This document shows, in pieces, positions 17,146 to 26,031 of a stretch of DNA of 42,684 nt. The notes beneath the pieces are model-generated. The model made no database searches, had not been told where the DNA came from, and saw nothing but the letters and a program-made list of their open reading frames with translations. This stretch comes from a virus (lineage: Duplodnaviria > Caudoviricetes): positions 1-42,684 of IMG/VR virus record IMGVR_UViG_3300049190_000014; one strand, written 5' to 3'. The translations under genes and the position numbers were made by a program. Numbering within the stretch: position 1 is the stretch's first letter; each line of letters begins with the position of its first letter.

Positions 17146-17505
17146 CTAGTTTTTACGTTTACACTTACACTCTCCGGTGTTATCCCAATCTCCACAACAC
17201 TTATTTTCCTCTTGCATGAAATAGGAATAAAACATAGCGTTACACATGATGTGTCCTATGTGATGAATCTTACTTTCAGAGTCGTGTGTATCACCGTCCA
17301 TTAGTTCAGCTAGATGACGTTGAAGGCTTTCCAAAATTTCTTCCTTCTTTAACCCCTTCTTCCAGTTGTGATCTCCCGGCACATCCCCAACGGTGTATTT
17401 CTTTGCTCCATACTCCAATACTTCAATCATAGGTTCAAGGCTTTTATAATGAACTAATGACCACCTACGCTTGCCGTTGTTGTACCGTAATGCCTTTTCG
17501 CTCAT
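17146..17505 (-). CDS. dATP/dGTP diphosphohydrolase domain protein (DUF5664-like)
   Basis: RYNNGK.RWSL...VLEYGAKKY...NWKKG...SLQRH...DSES..HHIGH..CN. Confidence 0.85.
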   Translation of the reverse strand: MSEKALRYNNGKRRWSLVHYKSLEPMIEVLEYGAKKYTVGDVPGDHNWKKGLKKEEILESLQRHLAELMDGDTHDSESKIHHIGHIMCNAMFYSYFMQEENKCCGDWDNTGECKCKRKN

Positions 17506-17510
17506 GAGAA

Positions 17511-18014
17511 TTAATTTTTACGTTTCTGAACATCATTTAAATCGATCTCTATTTTTCCTCCTGTTTTATTGAAGAAGAAAAGACAGGCTATGAATCCAAT
17601 TATTAATCCTGCCACAAACCAGTAAAGACTATTCTTCCACTGTGCTTTGGCTTTGATTGTTCGATTGACTTCTACCGGAATGTTTCGGATTATTACCCGA
17701 TCTGGACAATCAGTAAATACCTTTACCGTGTCGTGAACTCCGGGACCATCAACTACAAGAACTTCCGTTCTCACTGAGTCCTTGACAAAAATCATTGGTG
17801 TTCCCGGAGTTAATATTTTTGGAATGAATTCTACTTTTGCACCTGGTATTTTGAGTTCAAGTTTTTTGAATAGTGTGTCGGAAGACCATTTGCTCCCCAG
17901 TGCTTCAGCTTTTCTTATATGGTGCTGCGCGCGCTTCAAATGATAATTCGCGCCACATCCCGATAGCATGACGGATATTATTAATATTCCTCCGGCTTTC
18001 TGAAAAAGTACCAT
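17511..18014 (-). CDS. Lipoprotein with a C-terminal TM segment (unimolecular spanin candidate)
   Basis: LSGC lipobox at aa 17-20, beta-rich middle, LYWFVAGLIIGFIACLFFF TM; located in the lysis cassette. Confidence 0.6.
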   Translation of the reverse strand: MVLFQKAGGILIISVMLSGCGANYHLKRAQHHIRKAEALGSKWSSDTLFKKLELKIPGAKVEFIPKILTPGTPMIFVKDSVRTEVLVVDGPGVHDTVKVFTDCPDRVIIRNIPVEVNRTIKAKAQWKNSLYWFVAGLIIGFIACLFFFNKTGGKIEIDLNDVQKRKN

Positions 18015-18382
18015 TGTGTATAGTGTTCTCCTGTTTTATTTCCGTTTACTATCAGGTAGGCTTTATCTTTATCCATTACAAAGAAGCCTGAATACTTACC
18101 GCTCGTTACCCTGAAATAGTCTGATCCTTTTAAAAAGAATCTGTGCTTAATGTTTAACTGTCCTAGTATTGAATCCTTCGCTATGTTTATATAAATAGTT
18201 GAGTCAAAGAATGAGATACAACCTTTAGGATTTCTTACCTGATAGGTTTGAGCGTATGAAGGTTGAGCAAGACAGACCAGTAAAAAGACAATGAAGATTA
18301 ACAGAAATGTGATTAATTTCCTGAGAGTCGAATTTTCCCTTCTTAACCTCTCAATCGTCCTCTGTCTGGCTAAGTCCTTCAC
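17981..18382 (-). CDS. Membrane-anchored/exported protein in the lysis cassette
   Basis: LITFLLIFIVFLLVCLA hydrophobic segment, then a SYA-Q cleavage-like site. Confidence 0.6.
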   Translation of the reverse strand: MKDLARQRTIERLRRENSTLRKLITFLLIFIVFLLVCLAQPSYAQTYQVRNPKGCISFFDSTIYINIAKDSILGQLNIKHRFFLKGSDYFRVTSGKYSGFFVMDKDKAYLIVNGNKTGEHYTQWYFFRKPEEY

Positions 18383-18383
18383 T

Positions 18384-18611
18384 TCATGGCTTTGGTTCTT
18401 CGTCTCCGACTTTCTTTTTAATTACTCTCTGAGCGATCTGTGATAAGATGTCGTCAGGGATAAAGAAGAATGCAACACCGATTAAAAAGATGACTGAGCC
18501 TTTTGTTAAATCCACTTCATCAAAAATGTAAAGTAGAATTGCTGTAATAATCAGCGCAGCCCCGATTAAGTCGGTGAAGATGTCTTTCAAATTTTCTTTT
18601 AGCTTGTTCAT
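18384..18611 (-). CDS. Holin-like protein (2 TM)
   Basis: Two TM segments and a charged C-terminal tail, directly after the endolysin; start MNKLK preferred. Confidence 0.6.
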   Translation of the reverse strand: MNKLKENLKDIFTDLIGAALIITAILLYIFDEVDLTKGSVIFLIGVAFFFIPDDILSQIAQRVIKKKVGDEEPKP

Positions 18612-18615
18612 GAGT

Positions 18616-19122
18616 TTATACTTTAATGAACCCAATAACCTTGAGTCCGTCTGTGACTTCTTTTTTTACTGTTCTGAGTAATGAATAAACACCATCACCA
18701 TTACGCGATCCGGTGTTGCTTGTGTTACCCTCAATAGTTTTGAATTGGATTTCGCTGTATACTTCGATTACTATGCCGCAATGACCTGTCCAGATAGCTT
18801 TACCATCTTCGTACTTTTGCCAGAAGACTAGTGAACCGACTACCGGAACGTCAGACTTTTCATATCCTGCATTGACCAGGTTTCGAAAGGTGTTTACCGC
18901 GCTTGGAACAAATAGACCTTTAAGCTTTTCTTTTCTATCCGGGTATGCTTGCCAAATCCACTTTTCAAGAATACATGCACACCATGCCCAACCGCGCTGC
19001 CATCCAACATTTAGCATGTCAACTTCTAATTCACGGTCAAAGAATCCTGAGTTTCCGGGCTTCTCTTTCTTTCCAAGGTCTTTCTTCGCTACTTCAATTA
19101 TCGGATGTGTGATTGCTGTCAT
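18616..19122 (-). CDS. Endolysin, CHAP domain
   Basis: AWCA catalytic Cys, GHCGIV, TIEGNT. Confidence 0.9.
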   Translation of the reverse strand: MTAITHPIIEVAKKDLGKKEKPGNSGFFDRELEVDMLNVGWQRGWAWCACILEKWIWQAYPDRKEKLKGLFVPSAVNTFRNLVNAGYEKSDVPVVGSLVFWQKYEDGKAIWTGHCGIVIEVYSEIQFKTIEGNTSNTGSRNGDGVYSLLRTVKKEVTDGLKVIGFIKV

Positions 19123-19381
19123 AACCCCTCGCTTTCTTATTCGCCTCAATCCTTGCGTATTCTCTCTGGTCTAATTCTTCGATCTCTTTTTTCAGCTTCC
19201 TGTTTTTAAGCCTGTAATTCTGCCATGCTAATACTCCGGCCCCTGCTGAAATAATGAACAGCACCACTTTAGAAGTAGCATCGACAATGTCAATAAAAGA
19301 CATAGCCCCGGTTATCCAGGTTATGAAACCCAATACCTTAGTGTTCAATTGCATTATCGTTTCTTCTATGCGGTCTTTCAT
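19094..19381 (-). CDS. Holin/antiholin-like membrane protein
   Basis: Hydrophobic segments followed by a basic coiled coil; upstream of the endolysin. Confidence 0.55.
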   Translation of the reverse strand: MKDRIEETIMQLNTKVLGFITWITGAMSFIDIVDATSKVVLFIISAGAGVLAWQNYRLKNRKLKKEIEELDQREYARIEANKKARGYDSNHTSDN

Positions 19382-19388
19382 TTTTTAA

Positions 19389-20486
19389 CTACTGGATTGA
19401 AGCATTGAATGCAGATGTGATTTGATCGTAACCTGTATTGTCTGGATGCGTGCCATCTCCTGAGTTGACAGAATCGTAGTATGAATTTGTTTTCACAAAC
19501 GCTGCTAGGTAACCTGCATCTCTAAGTTCTGTTACTACGCTATATATAGCCTGAGAACAAATATCAGATGCGGATATTGACCCATTTGGAGGAGCCAAGT
19601 AACCCGTAGGCGTACAATATGGAATTTCAGCGAATAATATTCTTGCAGACGATGGAGGTTGATTCAATTGAGCAAAGAAGTCAACCGCAATTGTTCCAGA
19701 TACTTGTCTTACCTGAATTGTATGAGCACCCGCAGATAATCCATGATACATAAACACTACAGGACCACGACCGTTATCATATGCTCCGTCTGAAACACCA
19801 TCATAATAAGTGGCTGTATCAATAGTGTCAACAACCACCCCGTCAATCAATATTTCACAAACCCCCAAACTATATAAAACACCATCTGCACCAATTAATT
19901 GAACTCCTATCCCCGGAAGAGATGAAGATGCTGTAAAGGAATGCGTCCAAGTTGCTCCTGTTGAAACACTGAAACTAGCTGCCAAATTTGAAGCCCCCAA
20001 TGCAGTACCTAGGCCTAGACCACCAACACTTGCTGCATTGTAGGGAGTAAAAGAACCGTTTGCCCTTGTGACTAAGGAATCTCCGCTATAACGCGTACTT
20101 GATCTAATACACTTAAACGCAATAGCTCGAAAACCTGTCAGTATTTTATTTACGGTCTTAATGCTTGCGCCATTTCGCTTCATATCATTAAGGCCAACCA
20201 TACAAGTAACTAACGTTTGAGTTGGAGTGAATCCAACCCCTTGTATCGCGCTAACCTGATTCCAAATTCCTCTCGCGCCTACAGCTTGATTAGTTAGAGA
20301 TAGTCCTCTTTGAGTAGAAAACTGCTGTATATATCCCTCCGAAGAAGGAGAAGCACCTTGTCCAATAGTTATACTATCCCCACAAGCACGGAGGGCATTC
20401 ACACCAGAAAGGCTTATTGTGAACTGCTGGAATTCTACTCCCTGACTACTAGATAACCAGTGATGATATATCAGTGCGTTTCTCAT
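19389..20486 (-). CDS. SGNH/GDSL hydrolase with an inserted beta-sandwich, probably virion-associated
   Basis: GDSIT, GLND and DGTHP motifs; located at the end of the tail module. Confidence 0.85.
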   Translation of the reverse strand: MRNALIYHHWLSSSQGVEFQQFTISLSGVNALRACGDSITIGQGASPSSEGYIQQFSTQRGLSLTNQAVGARGIWNQVSAIQGVGFTPTQTLVTCMVGLNDMKRNGASIKTVNKILTGFRAIAFKCIRSSTRYSGDSLVTRANGSFTPYNAASVGGLGLGTALGASNLAASFSVSTGATWTHSFTASSSLPGIGVQLIGADGVLYSLGVCEILIDGVVVDTIDTATYYDGVSDGAYDNGRGPVVFMYHGLSAGAHTIQVRQVSGTIAVDFFAQLNQPPSSARILFAEIPYCTPTGYLAPPNGSISASDICSQAIYSVVTELRDAGYLAAFVKTNSYYDSVNSGDGTHPDNTGYDQITSAFNASIQ

Positions 20487-20746
20487 GCTGTTGTCACTAC
20501 AAAGGTGTCTGTATTAGCCGCTGCCTTAAATCTGAATGTGCCAGCTGGGCACGTGCATGGTGGTATTACATCACTTGACGTATACCCATGAGCATTTGCA
20601 TGAACTGAGTTGATTCCAAATTTTACCGTACCAGTGACTACTTTAGGAAAATAGGTAACATAACCGCTTCCAGGTCCATCAGTGATGTTTATAGCAGTGT
20701 CGGTTGTTGATCCTGCTGTTATTAATTCGTGATTGACTGCATCCAT
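20483..20746 (-). CDS. Small beta-rich tail-associated protein
   Basis: 87 aa; ATGA-coupled to the SGNH gene. Confidence 0.6.
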   Translation of the reverse strand: MDAVNHELITAGSTTDTAINITDGPGSGYVTYFPKVVTGTVKFGINSVHANAHGYTSSDVIPPCTCPAGTFRFKAAANTDTFVVTTA

Positions 20747-20766
20747 ATTTTTAGTTTTTTTTTGGC

Positions 20767-20949
20767 CTAATACTTTTTCTTTTCTCCTTTATAAACTATC
20801 ACAGTTTCTAAAACCATCACCTGCTTACCGAGTGCGTAGCTTCTTCTTGCCTCCACTTCTAAGGCGCAGTTGTTGGCTTTTAGTAGTTCATCCAATTTCT
20901 TTTGAACATCTACTACTATTTCCTGTGGTGTTTTTTCTTCTTGTTCCAT
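20767..20949 (-). CDS. Small protein after the tail fibre (possible chaperone)
   Basis: 60-aa ORF; call based on position. Confidence 0.55.
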   Translation of the reverse strand: MEQEEKTPQEIVVDVQKKLDELLKANNCALEVEARRSYALGKQVMVLETVIVYKGEKKKY

Positions 20950-20968
20950 TTGTATTTTAATTTTCTTT

Positions 20969-22549
20969 TTATGGTGGCGATAGTGAGTATGTCAAGGTGT
21001 ATCCGACAACTAATGGATTTGTCACATTTGATCCTGAGTTAAACGTCAACAAAGCTTCATTAGAAGTCGTACTAACAACAACTACGATGTCAGATAAGAG
21101 TGTGTCATGCCATCCTGCGCCAGAAAGAGCATTTACCGTACCTGTTACAGGCAATGATATCCTAACCTGTGAGTCTGTCGATGTACTTACCGAATCAACG
21201 CTTATCGTTCCTGACAAAGTAATTACAGTTCCAACCTGTATATATTGTGCTAAGCCTGGCGTACTCGAACTTACGTTGCTTACGTTAGTTGCTGTTGGCG
21301 TATATGTGCCACTTGTTACAGCACCTATAGATAATGTAAGCGCACCTACTGATAGTGTATTAGTAGTTTCATTATATGCAAAAACCGACTCCGATGTTAG
21401 AGTGTTTGAGTCACTGAAGTAAGGCACACGACCTGATGCACCACTTCCATCTATTAAATCAGTCCTCTTCACCACATTACCACTACCATCAATTGCTAGT
21501 ACTGTTCCAGAGTTATCAGTTGAAGGCGTGGTGTGTATTCTGACTACTCCTGCTGCACTGACTGAAAGTCTGTCTGATCCGTTGAAAAATTTTAAATCAT
21601 GCGATGTGCTTTTATAAATATCCCAATACTGGCCAGAGGTTCTGCTATTTGCTTCTGTAAGCTCTATGAAAGGTTCGTGACCAGACGATGCATTAACTCT
21701 GAATTCAGATGTCGTTGTTCCTGCAAGAAATTGAAATCTATCAGCACCATTATTTAGAATAAGATTTGTGCCTCCGGTAGGGATGTACGCGATCCATTCA
21801 GCGGGTGAAGATGCGCCTGTTCGTGATACTACCAAGGCTGGAGCTGCATTACCCGATGTAGTAACACGTCCAGTCGTTGACCCTGTTCCAAAAACATCAA
21901 GCTCATAAGTTGGCGATCCACCGATACCAACTTTCCCGGCTGATGTTATATAAACTCGTGTTGCTCCGTTACCTCTTATTTCATAACCATCAGGAACAGC
22001 AGCGGTGTTGTAAAATATTGCAGCTACATCATTGTCTGATGCCTCACCAAAAAATATTCCCCTCTCATTTGCGTCCGGTGTCAGAATAGAAATGTAAGCA
22101 TCTCCATTTCTTTCAACTGTCACAATGGTATTTGTTGGGGCATTAACTGATCCAGCGGAAGAAGCCCATACATGTAAAAGAGAGTCCGGTGTTACGTTTC
22201 CAATTGCAAGTTTTGTTCCGTCAAATTTAAATGTGTTGTAATCAGTCAAAGACCCCGCACCACTTGCAACGGGTACTCGACCTGATGTCAATGATCCCGA
22301 TATCGCACCGGCTCCACCAGCAATAGAGTTATCAACGTATGTTTTTACCGCTAAAGATGTTGGTACTGTATTGTTTGAAGCTCCAGCTAGTGTGTTATCC
22401 TCCGTTACATCATCCTCCCAAAATAGACAAGAGTCAGCAACATCTTCAAGGGCATCCCGCCCATTAGCCGCAGAGATCAACCCCGTGGTATTATCAACAT
22501 ACCGTGAGTTTTTAGTAGCTTTAAAATTTGCTCGTGTCCTAGTTGCCAT
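20969..22549 (-). CDS. Tail fibre/receptor-binding protein
   Basis: G/S/T-rich; VPTSLAVKTYVD; repeated KxxIG..P...LxV and SGRVP motifs; SGTYTPT...YIQVG.VITL C-terminal domain. Confidence 0.8.
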   Translation of the reverse strand: MATRTRANFKATKNSRYVDNTTGLISAANGRDALEDVADSCLFWEDDVTEDNTLAGASNNTVPTSLAVKTYVDNSIAGGAGAISGSLTSGRVPVASGAGSLTDYNTFKFDGTKLAIGNVTPDSLLHVWASSAGSVNAPTNTIVTVERNGDAYISILTPDANERGIFFGEASDNDVAAIFYNTAAVPDGYEIRGNGATRVYITSAGKVGIGGSPTYELDVFGTGSTTGRVTTSGNAAPALVVSRTGASSPAEWIAYIPTGGTNLILNNGADRFQFLAGTTTSEFRVNASSGHEPFIELTEANSRTSGQYWDIYKSTSHDLKFFNGSDRLSVSAAGVVRIHTTPSTDNSGTVLAIDGSGNVVKRTDLIDGSGASGRVPYFSDSNTLTSESVFAYNETTNTLSVGALTLSIGAVTSGTYTPTATNVSNVSSSTPGLAQYIQVGTVITLSGTISVDSVSTSTDSQVRISLPVTGTVNALSGAGWHDTLLSDIVVVVSTTSNEALLTFNSGSNVTNPLVVGYTLTYSLSPP

Positions 22550-22551
22550 TT

Positions 22552-25500
22552 TTAATTCAGTGTTGTATCAAACTCCCCTCCGTACGCAGAGCTGTAAGCC
22601 CCGTCAAAAGCTTCACCTTCATCATCACCACCTTGATTCGTTTCACCTTGGTCAGTTCCTTGTAGTGATATGTAAGATTTTGAAAGCTGTGTTAATTCAA
22701 GTGTGTAAACATCCTGCCTGTCATCAAATAAATAATCAGAGATTTGATAGACTTCCTGTAGGTCAGTACCTATCGGTGAAAACTGATTGAATTGATAAGT
22801 GCATGTATCTGTTCCGTTGACGTTATTAATAAAGAATCCAACCCCTGTAACCGATCCAGGCACAAATGCTATATATGTAAAACTGTAATCTAACTCTGAT
22901 GTAGGAGCGGTAAAGACTTTCATTTTTTCAGTATTCACTATAGATGCACCACGATAAAGAACTAACCACAAAACATCTTCGCGGTCATTTGTCGCAGATG
23001 GCTCGACATGCAGGTTAACTGTTATTGTAACAAATCCACCAGAGTGACTTACTGTCTGATATATTTTTTGCGAACTAATTGCACCTGTTAAAACTACCTG
23101 TGCACTTCCAGAATTATCGGCTGTCCAAGTGAAGGCGGTCCCACTTCCTGTTTGTGACCATGAAGATAGATCTGTAGCGAACTCAGTATTATTCATCACT
23201 AAATCAGAACCAGGCTTTGTCAGCCTCAGATAATTGTTTGCTTTAATCATTGCAAACTCATTTATGAATGATCCTGTAAGTCTGAATGTTGGGGCAGAGT
23301 GATTTGACCCTAATACCTTTAATAAAATCTGATGCAGTGGTAGTTCTTCGTCAATCCCTGTTCTAGTCCAGAGTCTTGTTGGTGTTCCGTTCGCCAGCCT
23401 GAAATAGTTGTTATACATATTCTTGGCATTGGTGATGTCTGGACAGTCGAAGTTGTACAGATCAACCGAAAGAGTCTCGTTTATGTACCTGTTAATCGTA
23501 AGGTCTGTTCTGGCTTCAAGTGGCGGTGGTTGTCCGTTGACAAGTCCATCAATACGAACATTATCGATGTAGAATTTTCGTTCAAGTGATGTGCGGCCGC
23601 GATTCGCGCCTAATTCATCTGAGGGCAAGAAATTGGCTTTCAGTAAATGCCATATTCTTGGATTATCAGTTGCATGGTAGTCTGTTGGTAAAATGGTTCC
23701 TCCAGGAACATCTTCGGACCCTGTGGCCGCGCGTAACTCCCAGAAGCCTCGTAAATAACTTGTCGTTGATCCTATTGTATGCTCATGCCGGATGTCAACA
23801 CGGATGTCGTAGAATACGTTTTCTGTCGGCAATGCTTTCAGTCCGGCAACACCATCTGTTCCATCAGCAAGATTGGTAGTATCTGATGGTAATCCATAGT
23901 CGTAGAAATTTGCCGCATAGTAATAAATCCTTACCTGAATTGTCGTATCAATCACAACATCAGTGTCCGGCATTGAAACCGAAATATCAAACGTCTCAAG
24001 CTTTCGGCTTACCGGTGGATAGAACCGATAAATGTATTCATCCGACCCCCAAGTCTTATCCTGTTGAAGGTACTGGTCACCAAGCTTTATCATAAAGCGG
24101 ACTACCGCAAACTCATAGGTTCCGTACCATCCATTGGAAGCGTAGTCAAAAGAAAAGTTTATAAAATCTCCAGTTCCGTAGGAAAAAGGTTTTGCGGCAG
24201 ACTCAATGTAGGCATCGCGCAAATTTCCGCTCCATGAATTTGGATCAAAGTAAAAAGCACCAACACTTTGGTAAATAAGATTACCATCTTTGTCGCGCTT
24301 AGGCGCATCCCCTTCTACTCTTACGTTTGCACGCTGACCCTCAGTACCAGAAACCACCACGCGTCCAAAGTTTACACCTGTAGTTCCGTTAAGGCGTAAT
24401 GTCCAATCTCTGAACCCTTCCTCAGTTGTATACACTCCTTGTTGAAACTGTAGCACTTCAGATTCAGGAGAAAGCAAATCTTTCTTTTCAAATCCACCTG
24501 ACACGATAGACCCAACATAATTGAATCGTTGGTTTACTGTAATCTTTCCGTAAGCCGGAATGATCTCAAGCAACTGGTCAACGTCAGACAAAGCAACACG
24601 GTCAGTTTCGGTTGCTTCTTTGATGTCCATTATAGGGTTAAAAGTTCCGTTACTTACATAGTCACCCAGGTAATCGAAAACGCGGTAATTATAAGATGTT
24701 GTTGCCCTGCTGATCTCTTCGATTATCCAGTGATTGTCTTCTTGGTAAATCCTTGCTCCAAAAGGTTTTAATATTGCTTCAAGAACCTGCCAGCATGAGA
24801 AAGGTTGATTATCCTGATCGCGATAACACGCTACATCTATGTAAGTCTGATCTAATGGATCGTCAGCTGCCCCGGTGTTATGGTTTACTTCGTAAATATT
24901 TACTCCACAACGGATGTTCAGGTTTAACCCTGTCTTTCTCATTATATGAGCAATGATTTTAATAAGCTTCTGCCTTCCGTTGAGCGAGTTCCCATTATCA
25001 TCGGTGTACAACTCATCGTTTAGAGTTATAACGTTGTCTGTTAATTGGAAAGTCACATCGTACGGAGCGCCAACAAAACTTTCCTGATAAACTGACGGGA
25101 TGGTAAACCAGCTTAGTAAAGGTTGAAATCCGGACCCTTCATCTACTTCAAGAACGTTCAAGAACTTTTTGTTATCAACCGTGTAAAGCGGTAGAAACTG
25201 GTAATCATATTCTGATACCAGAGAAAGAGACGCGCTTCGCGGGTGAACTGGATGAAACTTATTATTTAAGTCGCCTTGTTTAGGTTTTGCTACCTGGATA
25301 GGTGAAGAGGTTCCATAGTCGAATTCAACAAGGTCACCGGAATACTCTCTTTCGTAAATTCTTACTCTTGAGGTGCGCTCGTTGCCTTGTCCCTTTTTTA
25401 CCTTGTTCCATGTAATCCGGTAATGCTCTGCGTACTCAGGTTTAAATAGGATGGTAAATTTTATCTGCGCTGTGCAGTCGGCAGAATCCTTTGCGTAAAG

Positions 25501-26028
25501 AGTGTATTCTCCAGGTGAAAGCCCAGTGATTGTACCTGACAAAGAACCTTCCGTTGCATAGTCAAAATCAAATAGTGCATACTTTACGTCACTGATTCCA
25601 GACTGAGCCACTGCGACAACTTGACCATTATTGCTTGTTAGATCAGTTGAGTGCGTTACTTGCAGTGGTCCAACGAAAATAATATCACAGACTGTTGTTG
25701 AACAAACTGGACTATCAACAGTGGTCACCTGTTCGAAGTATGGATAACTTGGAACGAATGTGTTTATCCGGAACCAGTTCAATGTTGTTCCGTTGCAAAA
25801 TGAATAAACCGAAGTAGCGTAATTCCCGGAGTAAGAACTTATGCCATACAGGAAATTAAAGTTTGATCCTACAGCACCAATATCATAAGGCGTAGTATCG
25901 AGTACGTTGTTTTTATAAACTTTTACAGCTTGTGTTCCATCATCCCAGGTCATTTTCAATACATCACCATTCGATAGTGTGCCTACCGAATTAGTGACTT
26001 GTAAAACGCCTAGAACAAACTCTGCCAT
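22552..26028 (-). CDS. Large tail tip/hub protein with SprB-like and CBM-like inserts
   Basis: 1158 aa directly after the tape measure; SCWQVLEAILKPFGARIYQ hub-like motif. Confidence 0.75.
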   Translation of the reverse strand: MAEFVLGVLQVTNSVGTLSNGDVLKMTWDDGTQAVKVYKNNVLDTTPYDIGAVGSNFNFLYGISSYSGNYATSVYSFCNGTTLNWFRINTFVPSYPYFEQVTTVDSPVCSTTVCDIIFVGPLQVTHSTDLTSNNGQVVAVAQSGISDVKYALFDFDYATEGSLSGTITGLSPGEYTLYAKDSADCTAQIKFTILFKPEYAEHYRITWNKVKKGQGNERTSRVRIYEREYSGDLVEFDYGTSSPIQVAKPKQGDLNNKFHPVHPRSASLSLVSEYDYQFLPLYTVDNKKFLNVLEVDEGSGFQPLLSWFTIPSVYQESFVGAPYDVTFQLTDNVITLNDELYTDDNGNSLNGRQKLIKIIAHIMRKTGLNLNIRCGVNIYEVNHNTGAADDPLDQTYIDVACYRDQDNQPFSCWQVLEAILKPFGARIYQEDNHWIIEEISRATTSYNYRVFDYLGDYVSNGTFNPIMDIKEATETDRVALSDVDQLLEIIPAYGKITVNQRFNYVGSIVSGGFEKKDLLSPESEVLQFQQGVYTTEEGFRDWTLRLNGTTGVNFGRVVVSGTEGQRANVRVEGDAPKRDKDGNLIYQSVGAFYFDPNSWSGNLRDAYIESAAKPFSYGTGDFINFSFDYASNGWYGTYEFAVVRFMIKLGDQYLQQDKTWGSDEYIYRFYPPVSRKLETFDISVSMPDTDVVIDTTIQVRIYYYAANFYDYGLPSDTTNLADGTDGVAGLKALPTENVFYDIRVDIRHEHTIGSTTSYLRGFWELRAATGSEDVPGGTILPTDYHATDNPRIWHLLKANFLPSDELGANRGRTSLERKFYIDNVRIDGLVNGQPPPLEARTDLTINRYINETLSVDLYNFDCPDITNAKNMYNNYFRLANGTPTRLWTRTGIDEELPLHQILLKVLGSNHSAPTFRLTGSFINEFAMIKANNYLRLTKPGSDLVMNNTEFATDLSSWSQTGSGTAFTWTADNSGSAQVVLTGAISSQKIYQTVSHSGGFVTITVNLHVEPSATNDREDVLWLVLYRGASIVNTEKMKVFTAPTSELDYSFTYIAFVPGSVTGVGFFINNVNGTDTCTYQFNQFSPIGTDLQEVYQISDYLFDDRQDVYTLELTQLSKSYISLQGTDQGETNQGGDDEGEAFDGAYSSAYGGEFDTTLN

Positions 26029-26031
26029 TTT

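Noticed and set aside
17146-17505. Z-genome (2-aminoadenine) pathway
   Set aside because: No PurZ, DatZ or phage DNA polymerase was recognised
19389-26028. Diversity-generating retroelement or invertible tail-fibre switch
   Set aside because: No reverse transcriptase or invertase ORF was seen, and no TR/VR-like repeat pair was noticed by eye
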